A stretch of DNA of 63,706 nt, filler included, from Octopus bimaculoides (GCF_001194135.2; 7 parts of 7 records of this genome joined end to end with filler, not necessarily neighbours in it), one strand, 5' to 3'; positions 48,763 through 61,595 are shown, numbered from the whole stretch's first letter. Numbers and translations: made by a program. Notes: generated from the sequence alone by a model not told the origin.

Positions 48763-49867
48763 AGAGGTATTGTGAGTGGCAGGGAGAATAAGTAGTAGAT
48801 AATAAAGGAGTGAGAAAGAGAATGAAAAAAAGTGGTGAAAGATACATTCCAAGGGTAATAATAACAACAACAAAAAAATAAATGGCGTGGGGAAATATAT
48901 CTGTCACCCTACCAACAAAAGCGTCCATTTTAATATGAAATAAAAATAATAGACAAAAACCTCTCTTTGTTCCTTTTAAAAGCAACTCTATGCCAAAACT
49001 AAATTAAAAATTGTACTATAGCTTATCATTGTGATATTACTGTGCTTGTTGTTATATCTATTTTCGTTATTGTAATTTTTGTAGCGGTTTATTTTGTTGT
49101 TGTTTCTGTTATTGTTCTGGTGTTTGTTACTGTAATTTTATTAACAGTTTTCGCTGTATTATTGGTAACAGCTAGGTTTTTATCGTCGTTTCTGTTAGAA
49201 ACAGCTTTTCCTGTTGGTTTGGTTTAAATAACAGTTTTTTCCTCTATTTCCCTGTTGTAGCAGTGTTTTTAACTATATTGTTGTTATATTACTAACTGTT
49301 GATCTTGCAACTTATTATCTATTTTTATTGCTGTTGCAATTTTAAAAGCTGAATTTTAGTGTAACTTTGAGAACTGTGCCTGTTGTAAATTTTCGTAGCA
49401 ATTTACGTAGCAGTTTTCTTATAATTTTTGTAGCTGTTTTTGTCGTAACTTTAATAGCGGCTTCTAATTTAATTTTAATTTCTCTTTTTGTAATAATGTT
49501 AGTAACTTTTTTTATTGTATCATGATTAACTATCTTTGTTGTAACTTTGGTACCAGATATGTGATTTAACTGTAATTTTCGAGTAATATCAATATCAGCT
49601 TTTTGTTTTTTATTCACACAACTGTTTTTGTTGTAATTTCGGTAGTTGTTTTATTGTAACTGCTATTAATTGCTTTTCTGCTGTAGTCATAGATATTATT
49701 TACAAAATTAATGGCAGTTTTTTCCCTTTAACTTCTAGTACTTTAACGACCTGGTTATTGTAATCCAGCAGTTGCTTTTGTCGTAATTCAAATAACAGTT
49801 TTTGATGTTTCAACTTTACTAAAAGTTCTTACAATTTTGCTAAAAATTTCTATCGTATTCTTTTTTC

Positions 49868-50242
49868 TTTTATTCTTTTACTTGTTTCAGTCATTTGACT
49901 GCGGCCATGCTGGAGCACCGCCTTTAGTCGAACAGATCGACCGCAGAACATTCTTTGTAAGCCTAGTACTTATCCTATCGGCTTCTTTAGCTGAACCGCT
50001 AAGTTACGGAGACGTAAACACACCAACATCAATTGTCAAACGATGGTGGACACACACACACACACACATATATATACGATGAGCTTCTTTCTGTTTCTGT
50101 CAATCAAATCTACTCACAACGCTTTGGTCAGCCCGAGGCTTTAGTAGAAGACACTTGCCCAAGGTGCCACCATGCAGTGGGACTGAACCCGGAGCCATGT
50201 GGTTGGTAAGCAAGCTACTTATCACACAGCCACTCCTGCGCC
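49868..50242 (-). mobile_element. SINE family A, full length
   Basis: Reverse complement of the 26558 and 28335 copies. Confidence 0.85.
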
Positions 50243-50514
50243 AATTATTAATTATTTTGGGCAGTTTTCCTTATTTTTGAAGTCGTTCATTTATTTGTAG
50301 TTCCTGTTTTTTTTGTTTTTTTTTTGCTTTTATCATAGTAATGTTAGCAACAGTTTTTTGCTGTTCTAAAATTAGATGCCGTTTTTGCGTTTTTGCAATT
50401 TTGGACGCAGTATTTTCATAGTAGTTTTCATTGCTGTTTTTGTTGTGAGATTACTTTCTCTTTTTCTTGCAAAGCATCTTTTCCTTTTGATGGGCAACTC
50501 TTTAATTTTCTTTA

Positions 50515-50770
50515 ACTAAAGACTTTGAAACTTCGGACACTGGTAGAATGTGTCATATAGAACAGCTTTTACTCTTAGCGTTGTTGAGAAAAGTTTCTAT
50601 TATCGAAGTTATTTCGTGTTAAAATTGTCGTATTTAGGTAATTTCAACCAATCAATGACGTGTATTCAGCTGAATAAAATTACTGTTGCTGTTTGTCAGC
50701 AACAACTTCCGGTGGTGTATATTTCGTTTGTCACTGTTATTTATGACATATTTCATCTCAGTTAAGTTCG
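50515..50770. repeat. Unclassified dispersed repeat, copy 1 (second copy at 61975-62230)
   Basis: CTTTGAAACTT.GGACACTGGTAGAATGTGTCATATA...AATTTCAACCAATCA.TGACGT.TATTCAGCTGAATA is shared by both copies. Confidence 0.75.
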
Positions 50771-51046
50771 TATGAATAAACGAGTGTATCTGAAGCACAT
50801 TTGCTTCATGGCACCACCACAATCGTTCGTGCATTTCTACTGCTTTTAGTTTTTTTTTTCCTGTTTTTCAGCTACTATTTTCGGAGACTCCCCCGCCATT
50901 TTCTCGCAAATTATTGTTTCTTTTAAATTTTTTATTTGCCAAAAACCCAGCTTTTCGGATACGGAGATTCCGGAAAATTGCCAAAAATCGGTATTTTGAA
51001 ATTTTTGTCCCCCTCTCCCTCCAATTTCTTCATTTTTCATTTTTTC

Positions 51047-51288
51047 CGTAACCCAAACCCTAAAACCTCAACTGTAACCCTAACCGTAACCGTAAAAACC
51101 TAACCCTAAAACACTAACTCTAAAACCTAGCCTTAAAACCCTAACCCTAAAACCCTAACCCTAAACCTAAAACCCTAACCCTAAAACCCTAACCTTAAAA
51201 CCCTAACCCTAAAGCCCTAACCCTAAACCTAAAACCCTAACTCTAAAACTCTAACATTAAAACCGTAGCCCTAAAACCGTAACCCTCA
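51047..51288. repeat. Interstitial telomere-like array of CCCTAA and CCCTAAAA units
   Basis: Alternating 6- and 8-nt units with degenerate flanks. CCCTAA is the complement of TTAGGG. Confidence 0.85.
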
Positions 51289-51319
51289 AAATTTGAAACC
51301 AATATTACAACAAACCTAA

Positions 51320-51545
51320 AGGCGGCGACCTAGCAGAATCGTTGGCATGCAGGGCAAAAAATTTGGCGGCATTTCAAACCGTCTTTACGTTCCGAGTTCA
51401 AATTCCACCGAGGTTGACTTTACCTTTCATCCATTCGAATTCGCTAAAATAAGTACCAGTTGAGAGCTGGGATTGATGTTGCCGTCTTATCTATTACCAC
51501 CACTACTCCGAAATTTCTGGCCTTGTGTCAAAATTTGAAACCAAT
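51320..51545 (+). mobile_element. SINE family C, diverged
   Basis: GGCGGCGACCTAGCAGAATCGTT...GAGTTCAAATTCCACCGAGG. Confidence 0.75.
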
Positions 51546-51626
51546 ATTATTTAATATCAAGGCGGCGAGCTCGCAGAATCTTTAGCACGACAGGCAACAT
51601 GCTTAGCGGCATTTCGTCCCGAGATT

Positions 51627-52014
51627 TATTGTTGTTGGCACTCCGTCGCTTACGATGACGAGGGTTCCAGTTGATCCGATCAACGGAACAGCCTGCTCGT
51701 GAAATTAACGTGCAAGTGGCTGAGCACTCCACAGACACGTGTAACCTTAACGTAGTTCTCGGGGAATATTCAGCGTGACACGGTGTGACAAGGCTGACCC
51801 TTTGAATTACAGGCACAACAGAAACAAGGAATAAGAGTGAGAGAAAGTTGTGGTGAAAGAGTACAGCAGGGTTCGCCACCATCCCCTGCCGGAGCCTCGT
51901 GGAGCTTTCGGTGTTTTCGCTCAATAAACACTCACAACGCCCGGTCTGGGAATCGAAACCGCGATCCTATGACCGCGAGTCCGCTGCCCTAACCACTGGG
52001 CCATTGCGCCTCCA
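51627..52014 (-). mobile_element. SINE family B, full length
   Basis: Reverse complement of 40808-41193. Confidence 0.9.
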
Positions 52015-53849
52015 CCGTCCCGAGATTATAGTAGAGAAAACTCGCCAAAGATGCCACGCAGTGGGACTGAACCCGGGATCATGTGGTTGGAAAGCAAGCT
52101 TCTTATGACACAGCCACGGCTGTCCCTATACTTTTTTGTTTTTAATTTTCTTTCTTATCAAGCTGGAAAGGAGGAAAGTTTGATGTTCCCCTTGGTGGGA
52201 TTTGAACAAAAGTTTAAAGGTCCGAAAGAAAAGACCGAACGCCATTTCCACTGCCGCTCTAACGATTCTGCCGGTTCACAAACGCCCCCACAAATGACTG
52301 TCTTAGAAGCGCATGCGTAGGGTAATATACTCCCCCACCCCGTCACTTTCACAAAAGAAAACTAAAAAAAACAAAAAAACAACAGAGGCGAGAATGGAAT
52401 ACTGTTGAACGTAGATTTGCTCGGACGGAGCTGACCTGAGGTTAAACAGCAGTAACAGCGACAACAGCAACAAGAACAACAATAACCCAATAACCACAGC
52501 AATATGAACAACGACGACGGCGGTGTCGCAGGAACCCCTTACCCCGTTGAGTCGTCTGTGTGGTAGTGTAACGTTATCCTGTACGGAGTAAGGCGATGAA
52601 GACGACACGAAAGTCCGCTGGGCCGGGCTGAACAGGAGGTACGTTGGACGATCAGCGTATACCACCTGAGTTGGTGGAAAAGGGAAGGTGGAAAGGGAGG
52701 CGAAGATGGCGGAGCAGGAAGAGAGACGTGGCCATTATAAAAGGCGACGATTTGAAAGGTGAAAATAGATACGCATTGTATGATCTCGTTTCATTTCATC
52801 GCCTGTGATAACTAAACGAGATAGGATTTGTGTGTCTTAGTGTGGCAGCAAAACACGCACACAAACGCACACTTACACACACAAAACCTATATACACAGA
52901 CGCACACACACATACACATAGGCATATATGCATTCACGAGCACAAACTAGAGTATGTACGAATATATATGTATGTGTGTGTATATGTATAAAAAATTGTA
53001 TATTTATATATTGTGTATTTATGTACGTACATACAAATACACACACACATATGTAGTATGTATGTAGATGTTTGTGTTTATATGTATATATGTCCATGTA
53101 AGCATTTAAGTATATATATATGTATATATGTGTGTATATGTTTGTTTGTGTGTGTGTGAGTGTGCGTATATGTATATATATATATGTATATATATNNNNN
53201 NNNNNNNNNNNNNNNNNNNNNNNNNNNNNNNNNNNNNNNNNNNNNNNNNNNNNNNNNNNNNNNNNNNNNNNNNNNNNNNNNNNNNNNNNNNNNNNNNNNN
53301 NNNNNNNNNNNNNNNNNNNNNNNNNNNNNNNNNNNNNNNNNNNNNNNNNNNNNNNNNNNNNNNNNNNNNNNNNNNNNNNNNNNNNNNNNNNNNNNNNNNN
53401 NNNNNNNNNNNNNNNNNNNNNNNNNNNNNNNNNNNNNNNNNNNNNNNNNNNNNNNNNNNNNNNNNNNNNNNNNNNNNNNNNNNNNNNNNNNNNNNNNNNN
53501 NNNNNNNNNNNNNNNNNNNNNNNNNNNNNNNNNNNNNNNNNNNNNNGCAACGTAAAATAAAGTGTCTTGCTCAAGAACACAACACGCAGCCCGGTCGGAG
53601 ATTCGAACTCCTAACCTCACGGTCGTAAGTTCGACGCTCTAATCACTGCGCCATCCGCCTTTAATATGAAGCAAATAATTCACGACAAAAAAACAATTCA
53701 AGAAAAAATAATTTGCGAAGATACTATTGACTCTGTTATTATCCATTGTAATAATTTAAAAATTGATAATAACGGAATCAATAATATAGGAGATTGCAGG
53801 TTCCAAAAATGCATTAAATAGCTGAAGAATTAAAATTAATTAAAGGACA

Positions 53850-54640
53850 CAGGAATTATGTCTACCTGTTTATTTAAATCGCCAAACTACATTGATAATA
53901 ACTGCAGAAATGAACCGTCCGCAGGCAAACGGGCTAAAACAATCTCCCAACGTACATTTAAGTATTTGGACTCACATGGACCGGTTTTTTCACTGGCAAA
54001 AAAGTCTAAGTTTTCTCAGCACGCGTTACCATGATAGAGACTCCCAACTCGTCGTATTGAAGTCTGCGCTGCAACTGATTTGCTGTGCGCCGGAATCATG
54101 GCGTGAATTATTTCCTCCATATTGAAATTATTTTTACACTGGTGGCTGCCATGGTTTCGGCACAAAGCGAATCAGTTGCAGCGCAGACTTCAACACGAAG
54201 GTTTGGGAGTCTCTATCAGGGTAAGGATTGCTGAGGAAGCTGAGGCTATTTTTGGCAGTGCAGAAGCCGGTCTACGCGAGTCGAAATATCTAAATGTACG
54301 TTGGGAGATTGTGTTAGCCCGTTTGCCTTGGAACGGTTGATTTCTGTGGTTATTATCAGAGTATTTTGGCCATTTAAATAAGAGTTTTGACATTTATTTC
54401 CAGCAGGTAGACATACTTTGTATGTCCATTGATTAATACGTTTTATGAAAGCTGCAAAAGCATCACAAAAAACTGTTCCTCGGAGTTTCACGTTTCCGCT
54501 GTCCGACGAACGGGATCGTGAAATTCTAAGTAACAATCCTGTGATAATTTTGCAACTTTGCAGCTCTATTAAAAAGTATATTACTCTACCTTTGGTATTG
54601 GAGTACTAATTTTCCACCTTGTTTTTCACTTATGTACTCA
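53850..54640. mobile_element. Penelope-like element 3' end (GIY-YIG C-terminal remnant plus pseudo-LTR) with inverted duplications
   Basis: Plus-strand YLNVRWEIV resembles the Penelope LNxRxEI motif. Inverted arms at about 53850-54002 / 54249-54420. Degenerate hammerhead motif at 54500-54535. Confidence 0.6.
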
Positions 54641-55855
54641 CCTGTGTGTGAGTATATGTGTGTGTGTGGAGGGGGTGCCTGTGTGTCTGCTTGTTTCTGG
54701 AAAATACCAATTTTGTTTTCCAGATCATAAGGCAAAAAAATTCAATTTAAATGATATTTATTAAAAACAGGTTCAACTGCGTTTTACAACACACAAATCT
54801 GATAGATGTGAAAATACAATTAAAAAAAAAAGTATTGATCTATCGGAAAAACAAAGTATTTTTTTAATTAGATTTTAAACTTCCACTTCAAGAATCATAA
54901 CGAAGTAATTCAATATTTATTTTGAAAGATATTTAAATAAAACATAATATACTGAGTGAAAAAGATGTGAAATTCCAACTGCAGTGAAGGGGAAATATTA
55001 AAAGAGTTGGGTCAACCACATGTATACGCGTGGTTGAGCACTAAGAAGTTTGCTTTCCAACTACACGATCCCGGGTTCAGTCCCACTGCGTGGCATCTTT
55101 GGCGAGTTTTTTCTACTATAATCTCGGGACGAAATGCCGCTAAGCAAGTTGCCCGTCGTGCTAACGATTCTGCCAGCTCACCGCCCTGATATTAAATAAT
55201 GGTTCCGGGTTCAATCCCACTGCGTGGTATCTTGAAAGTGTCTTCTGCTCGGACCGACCAAAGCCTTGCAAGTGGATTTGGTAGACTGAAAGAAACCTGC
55301 CGTGTGTATATATCTAATATATATATATATATATATCTAATATATAGGCACAAAGACACGTACTGGTTAGTTTCGTTATTTTTTCTTGTTTTGCCTTTGT
55401 GAGTTACAAGTATTGCTATCTGTTGGAGACTTATTTTAGTAGTAGAATTAGCACTTTAACTGCTATTTCTAAATNNNNNNNNNNGTTGGAGACTTATTTT
55501 AGTAGTAGAATTAGCACTTTAACTGCTATTTCTAAATTTCGGTATGTGGTGAAGCAACTGTTGCTGATGCCTTAATTATGTTTATAATTTTAAAAGAGCA
55601 TTTTTATATAAGTTCTTTACCGATAATGGTTTTTTTACATACCGAACTACTTGGTAAAAATTATTAATTATTAATTTATTAATAAATTAATAATCCTTTA
55701 CACTATATCTATAATGTATATATATATTTATACCCACACACACACGACAGCCTTCTTACAGTTTCTGTCTGACGAGTCCACACACAATGCTTTGGTCGGC
55801 CCGTGGCAAAACCAGAAGACACGACACATGTGTGTGTATGTATGTGCGTGTGTGG

Positions 55856-55902
<47 letters not shown>

Positions 55903-56086
55903 TATGTATGTGTGTGTTTGTGTGTGTACTAGATGCTCCGGTATTATGTGTCCTCTACTCCATTTCATCTTCAGAACTATCTCTCTTCTATGGGTGGCTT
56001 CTTTTACCAGTTAATTTGTTTAAGGTTTCAATCTTCAGTCTGGGATCACTGGTGTTGATGGTAGTCATCCAAATGCTAATTAAGAG

Positions 56087-56470
56087 TGGAGGCGCAATGG
56101 CTCAGTGGTTAGGGCAGCGGACTCGCGGTCATAGGATCACGGTTTCGATTCCCAGACCGGACGTTGTGAGTGTTTATTGAGCGAAAACACCTAAAACTCC
56201 ACGAAGCTCCGGCAGGGGATGGTGGCGAACCCTGCTGTACTCTTTCACCACAACTTTCTCTCACTCTTACTACCTGTTTCTGTTGTGTCTGTAATCCAAA
56301 GGTTCAGCCTTGTCACCCTCTGTGTCACGCTGAATATCCCTGAGAACTACGTTAAGGGTACACGTGTCTGTGGAGTGCTCAGCCACTTGCACGTTAATTT
56401 CACGAGCAGGCTGTTCCGTTGATCGGATCAACTGGAACCCTCGATGTCGTAAACGACGGAGTGCCAACAA
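56087..56470 (+). mobile_element. SINE family B, full length
   Basis: Collinear with 40808-41193. Confidence 0.9.
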
Positions 56471-56519
56471 AACAAAAATTACACACCCACACACATATGT
56501 ATGGTTATATCTATGTATT

Positions 56520-56958
56520 CTTTTATTCTTTTACTTGTTTCACTCATTTGACTGCGGCCATGCTGGAGCAGCGCCTTTAGTCGAACAAATGGACTGAAGG
56601 ACCTTGTTTTTGTAAGCCTAGTACTTATTCTATCAGGCCCTTTTACCGAACTACTAGANNNNNNNNNNNNNNNNNNNNNNNNNNNNNNNNNNNNNNNNNN
56701 NNNNNNNNNNNNNNNNNNNNNNNNNNNNNNNNNNNNNNNNNNNNNNNNNNNNNNNNNNNNNNNNNNNNNNNNNNNNNNNNNNNNNNNNNNNNNNNNNNNN
56801 NNNNNNNNNNNNNNNNNNNNNNCTGTCTACCAAATCTACCCAGAAGGCGATGATCGGCCCTAGTAGAAGACACTTGCTCAAGGTGCCACGCAGTGGGACT
56901 GAATCCGGCACCATTTGGTTAGGAAGCAAGCTTCTTACCACACAGCCACTCCTGCGCC
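56520..56958 (-). mobile_element. SINE family A spanning a gap
   Basis: Tail at 56520-56658 and head at 56823-56958, both reverse complement. Confidence 0.8.
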
Positions 56959-57659
56959 TGTATGTATGTATGTATGTATTATGTACGTACGTGTGTATGT
57001 ACGTAAGTTCGTGTGTATGTATTTATGTATGTATGTATGAATGTATGTATGTATGTATGTATGTGTGTATGTATGTATGTATGTATGTTTGTGTAGATAA
57101 ATAGACAGATAGATAATGATAATGATTATTTTGAAAACGATGAGTAAGGTGTTCTATCAATCTGCTGCTCCAAAATAGTACTTCATTGACGATCCCCGAA
57201 GAACAAAAGACGATGAATTGTCCTCGGCGAAATTTGAACACGGAACTAAAGTTACAAAGTGTTATATCGAAACTTTCTCATGGCTCTACCATATTTGTCC
57301 CCTTTGACATTATAATTAATGAATCAAGACGTTAATGTTTTTATAGTTATTGTTTACAGCATAAAGTCGATCAGGTATCGACCGAAGTCTATTACGTTGC
57401 TCCGTTACAAGAATTTATTTTTACAGTTTAAACTTGCACGGGTTTGACTTAGTCTTTTAATGGTTCGAACAGGGTCGATGCTGGACTAATATTTGAAATG
57501 GCCCACGTGCCATATGTAAATACGCAGAGAAGGTAGTATGCATTAACAAAGTAAATTTGTCAACAAATGCTCTTTGACACACAGTAAGTAAAAGTAGGTT
57601 ACACGCGTAGCTATTTCCATAGCATCTCATATTATTCTTGCTTCATATACACGCACATA

Positions 57660-58080
57660 TGCATAGAAACGTGTTTGTGTGTATGTATTGTGTGTATGAA
57701 TGTATATAGTATGTATGTATATACGTATATATGTAATTGTATAGACATGAAAGCATATGAACATACATACGTTATACGTACATTCATCAGTATATATAAA
57801 TATATGGACATATATATACGTTTGTATATGTTTATATATATATATGTATGTATTTATGTCTATCTATCTATCTATATATCTATATATCTATCTATATATA
57901 TATATATATATCTATATATCTATATATATATCTATATATCTATATATATATATATATATATCTATATATATATCTATATATCTATATATATATCTATATA
58001 TCTATATATATATATATATACATACATACATATACATACATACATACATACATATACATATACATATATGTGTGTGTGTC
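57660..58080. repeat. Compound (TATG)n/(TATC)n/(TA)n/(TACA)n microsatellite region
   Basis: Directly visible. Confidence 0.9.
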
Positions 58081-58423
58081 TTCTGCAAAGAGCAACGCGA
58101 TGAATTTTCGTGCAGCACTTCGGAGCAGTCGATAATTTGGGATCCGAATTAGGGCGAATTTAATGTAAACAATGAAAGCAAAAACAAAACAATCACGAGG
58201 AGAGAAAACGTATTAAAACAAATAATAATATTAAACAGGCCTTTGTTTTGTTTTGTCTTTTTATTATACATTTATTTTGTTATTCGTTTCTTAGTAATCA
58301 TCAGCAGAGAAATGGAAAATCTATATCACGTGATGTTATTAATTTTACGCCTTCACGAGACTGCACTGTGGATATCGCAAAAGAATAATGCCCCACATAC
58401 GTACATATATATGTATTCATTAA

Positions 58424-58459
<36 letters not shown>

Positions 58460-59589
58460 AATAATAAATGAGTATATGCATATATATATGCAGTATATAT
58501 GCAGTATAGAGTTTCATTGCTACTATGGGAAACTTTTGCTCTGCTTTACGAGTAATCTCAGCGAACAGATTAACTCGTATATCGAAGCAATCGCCATCTG
58601 TGTATCATATAGATATCTACATACACAGAAGACATGAATCTGGAGTTTTGTAAGATAATATTTCTTCATAGAATTGTGTTGAAAGCAATATGTATCGGAG
58701 CAGATGTAGCCTGCGTTTGAAGCGCGTGGTACACCTGCCAATGAAAGCATAGCTTGGACCCTAACAGGGGCTAGTATTCGGGGTCAGAGTAGGCATCGGA
58801 ACAGTAATCGTTAAGGTTCTACAGTTCACCACCGGATGCATTTTAGAGTCTTACCCAGGTGGCTTGGTCAGCAAACCTTTTGCGACGGTCAATAATCGAC
58901 GGCCAGACGAGCAGATGTCCACACTATCCCAAAGTGAGCTTGCATGCGATCGGTGGCCACGTTTGAACTTGTATTGCCACTGGAACACCGAACACGCACT
59001 AAACGCTTCAACAACGAATAACGACTACGGCTATGACGTCCGCGCTATCTGACGCTCTTGCTTTCCCAGTGGGGAGTTTGTTGAGTTTGCAAGCCGGATT
59101 TTGAGGCCGTAGGCAGAAATATTACCTTGTCCGCTGGAACGTTAGTACTGACCGTCAGATGGAGTGAACTCGTTGGTCGGAGCCAACTCAAGCCAACCCA
59201 GGTGAACGTCAACGCAAGTACACGTAGACGCAGTAATATGTACCAGAACGACACAAGCATCGTCGTTGCTGTGACTCACNNNNNNNNNNNNNNNNNNNNN
59301 NNNNNNNNNNNNNNNNNNNNNNNTTAATTAATTAANNNNNNNNNNNNNNNNNNNNNNNNNNNNNNNNNNNNNNNNNNNNTATATGTTTCAGCAATTGATC
59401 GTAGTAGAGAGTGAGAGACGTCGCCGTTTTTTCACGTCCGTACCGGAAGTTGACATTGAGAAACCTTTTTAAAGAAGTGAATCTTAAATATAAAGCAATA
59501 TTATTTATTTTTAATTAGAGATAAAAAAAAATCAAATGAAGAGCCTAAGATTTATCCGAGGTCAAATTATTTATGTATCACAAGTATGG

Positions 59590-59662
59590 AAGTAAATAGT
59601 GAAGCCGTTTTCACGTGAAAAGCGATTACACACACACCTCTGTTTTATATATAGTATAGATA
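59590..59662 (+). mobile_element. Possible end of a Helitron/Helentron-like non-autonomous element
   Basis: 14-bp palindrome TTTTCACGTGAAAA (59608-59621) shortly before TTTTATATATAGTATAGAT. Pattern recognition only. Confidence 0.3.
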
Positions 59663-60062
59663 TAGATAATAAGAATGAAATGCTGTGGTGCTTGTACCTT
59701 TCTCCAAAGCTTTAGTGGTACATCTAAACGCGAAATCGACGTTGCTGTTCGGCTTCATCTGTATTTAATTCCACTAGTGCAATCATAGTGGAGGCACATG
59801 ACCTAGTGATTAGGGCAGTTTCTTTCTGACTTTCCTTCCGCCAGGTTCTGACTCCTTGAAAATCTTATGTACCTCGACCTTCCTTCAACTAAACAGTGAA
59901 AAGGGTATGATTCTGAGTTTGATTGTTGGCTGCTATCATTTTATCTACGCAGACAAAGGCTTTATAGGAAAACAGGAAATTACCACTCCTACTTTCTGCT
60001 CTCAAATATATATGGAGAATCTTGGCTGGTCAAAGGAAACCACTATACTGCTATGAGGGTAT

Positions 60063-60380
60063 ACTACAGCACTGACACTCCGTCAGTTACGACGCGGGTC
60101 CTAGTTGAGCCAATCAACGGTACATTCTGCTCGTGAAATTAACGTGCAAGTGGCTGAGTATTCCACAGACAGGCGGACCCTTAATTTAATTCTCAGGGAG
60201 ATTCAGTGTGACAAGATTGGCCCCTTTTGAATTACAGGTACAACTCATTTTTGCCAGCTGAGTGGACTGGAGTAATGTGAAATAAAGTGTCTTGCTCAAG
60301 GATACAACGCACTGCCGGATATCGAACTCACGACCTTGTGATCGTGAGCTGAATGCCCTAACCACTAAGCCCCGCACCTT
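60063..60380 (-). mobile_element. SINE family B-related diverged copy
   Basis: Shares GCTCGTGAAATTAACGTGCAAGTGGCTGAG and the GGCACTCCGTC end with 51627-52014. Confidence 0.75.
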
Positions 60381-60954
60381 CACGTATATTATACAGGGAG
60401 CATTTAATTAGTTTTGAGTTCTAAATTTGAGGAGGCGAATGGTCCTTGAGGAATGAAAGTTCTTCTTTGGAGTGATTTGAACACAGAACTGAAACTGGCG
60501 TAATTTGATGATTGAAAACTCATTTTGGCCAGTAAGCTTCTTTTTTTTTTTAGCCATCCACTATCATCCTAAGAAGAAGTCAAAAGTACTGACAATATGC
60601 TTTCGATAACGGTCTTCGGTTCCCGTTTATTGCAAACAGACAGAGATAGACACTCTCTCTCTCTCGATCACCTTGACCAATTGAAACAGTCAGGATGTGA
60701 CTTCTGGAGTGAAAGAGTGTTGCACTAGTCCTAGGCTGGCGTCTATATTTATCGATCACTGAAAGGGTGATAGGGTAAAAGGTTAAGTTGATTTGTACAG
60801 CGTTTGAACACAGAGTACTGAGTCAGTTATCGTCGCACCGATAACCAGCTACCGGTAGATCCGCCTGGGGTTAAACTAGTAGTAACATGAAAAAGCCGCT
60901 TTGATGTGGCAATTGACTTTACTTGTTTTCTTCTGTAATATTTGACTACTAATG

Positions 60955-61595
60955 AGGCGGCGTGCTGGCAGAAGCGTTCGCACACCGGGCGAAATACTTA
61001 ACAGTTTTTCGTCTGTCTTTACGTTCTGAGTTCAAATTCCGCCGATGTCGACTTTGCCTTTCATCCTTTCGCTGTCGATAACTTAAGTACCAGTTGCCTA
61101 CTGGGCTTAATCTAATCGATTGGTCCCTCCCCCAAAACTTCGGGCATTGTGCCTAGAGTAGAAAACAATATTTTTAAGAAAGTGGTGAGCTGGCAGAAAC
61201 GTTAGCACGCTGGGCTACGTTCTGAGTTCAAATTCCACCGAGATCGACTTTGCCTTTCATCCTTACGAGGTTGATAAATTAAATACCAACATGTTGCGTA
61301 CTTGGATCGATCTAATCGACTGTCACCCTCCCCAAAAATTTCGGGCCTTGTGCCTAGAATAGAAAGGAATATTCATATATGGACAAGGCGGCGAGCTGGC
61401 AGAATCGTAAGCACGCCGGGCGAAATGCTTAGCGGTATTTCGTCTCTCTTTACGTTCAAATTCCGTCGAGATCGACTTTGCCTTTCATCCTTTCGAGGTC
61501 GATAAATCAAGTAGCAACCAGTTGCGTACTGGGGTTCTATCTAATCGACTGTCCCCTTCCCCAAAAATCTCAGGCCTTGGGCCTAGAGTACAAAA
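60955..61595 (+). mobile_element. Three tandem SINE family C copies
   Basis: Units start at about 60955, 61183 and 61387, each ending ...GGGC(C/A)TT(GT/GG)GCCTAGA.TA.AAA. Confidence 0.85.

Noticed and set aside
52595-52620. GCGATGAAGACGACACGAAAGTC as a hammerhead core
   Set aside because: The core lacks C3/U4 and no stem II or stem I pairing can be drawn.
52303-52665. 120-aa minus-strand ORF with a hydrophobic stretch
   Set aside because: The hydrophobic run comes from the antisense of an (AAC/AGC)n tract, and I recognise no family.
55422-55536. Exact ~52-bp duplication around a 10-N gap
   Set aside because: Typical negative-gap assembly artefact.
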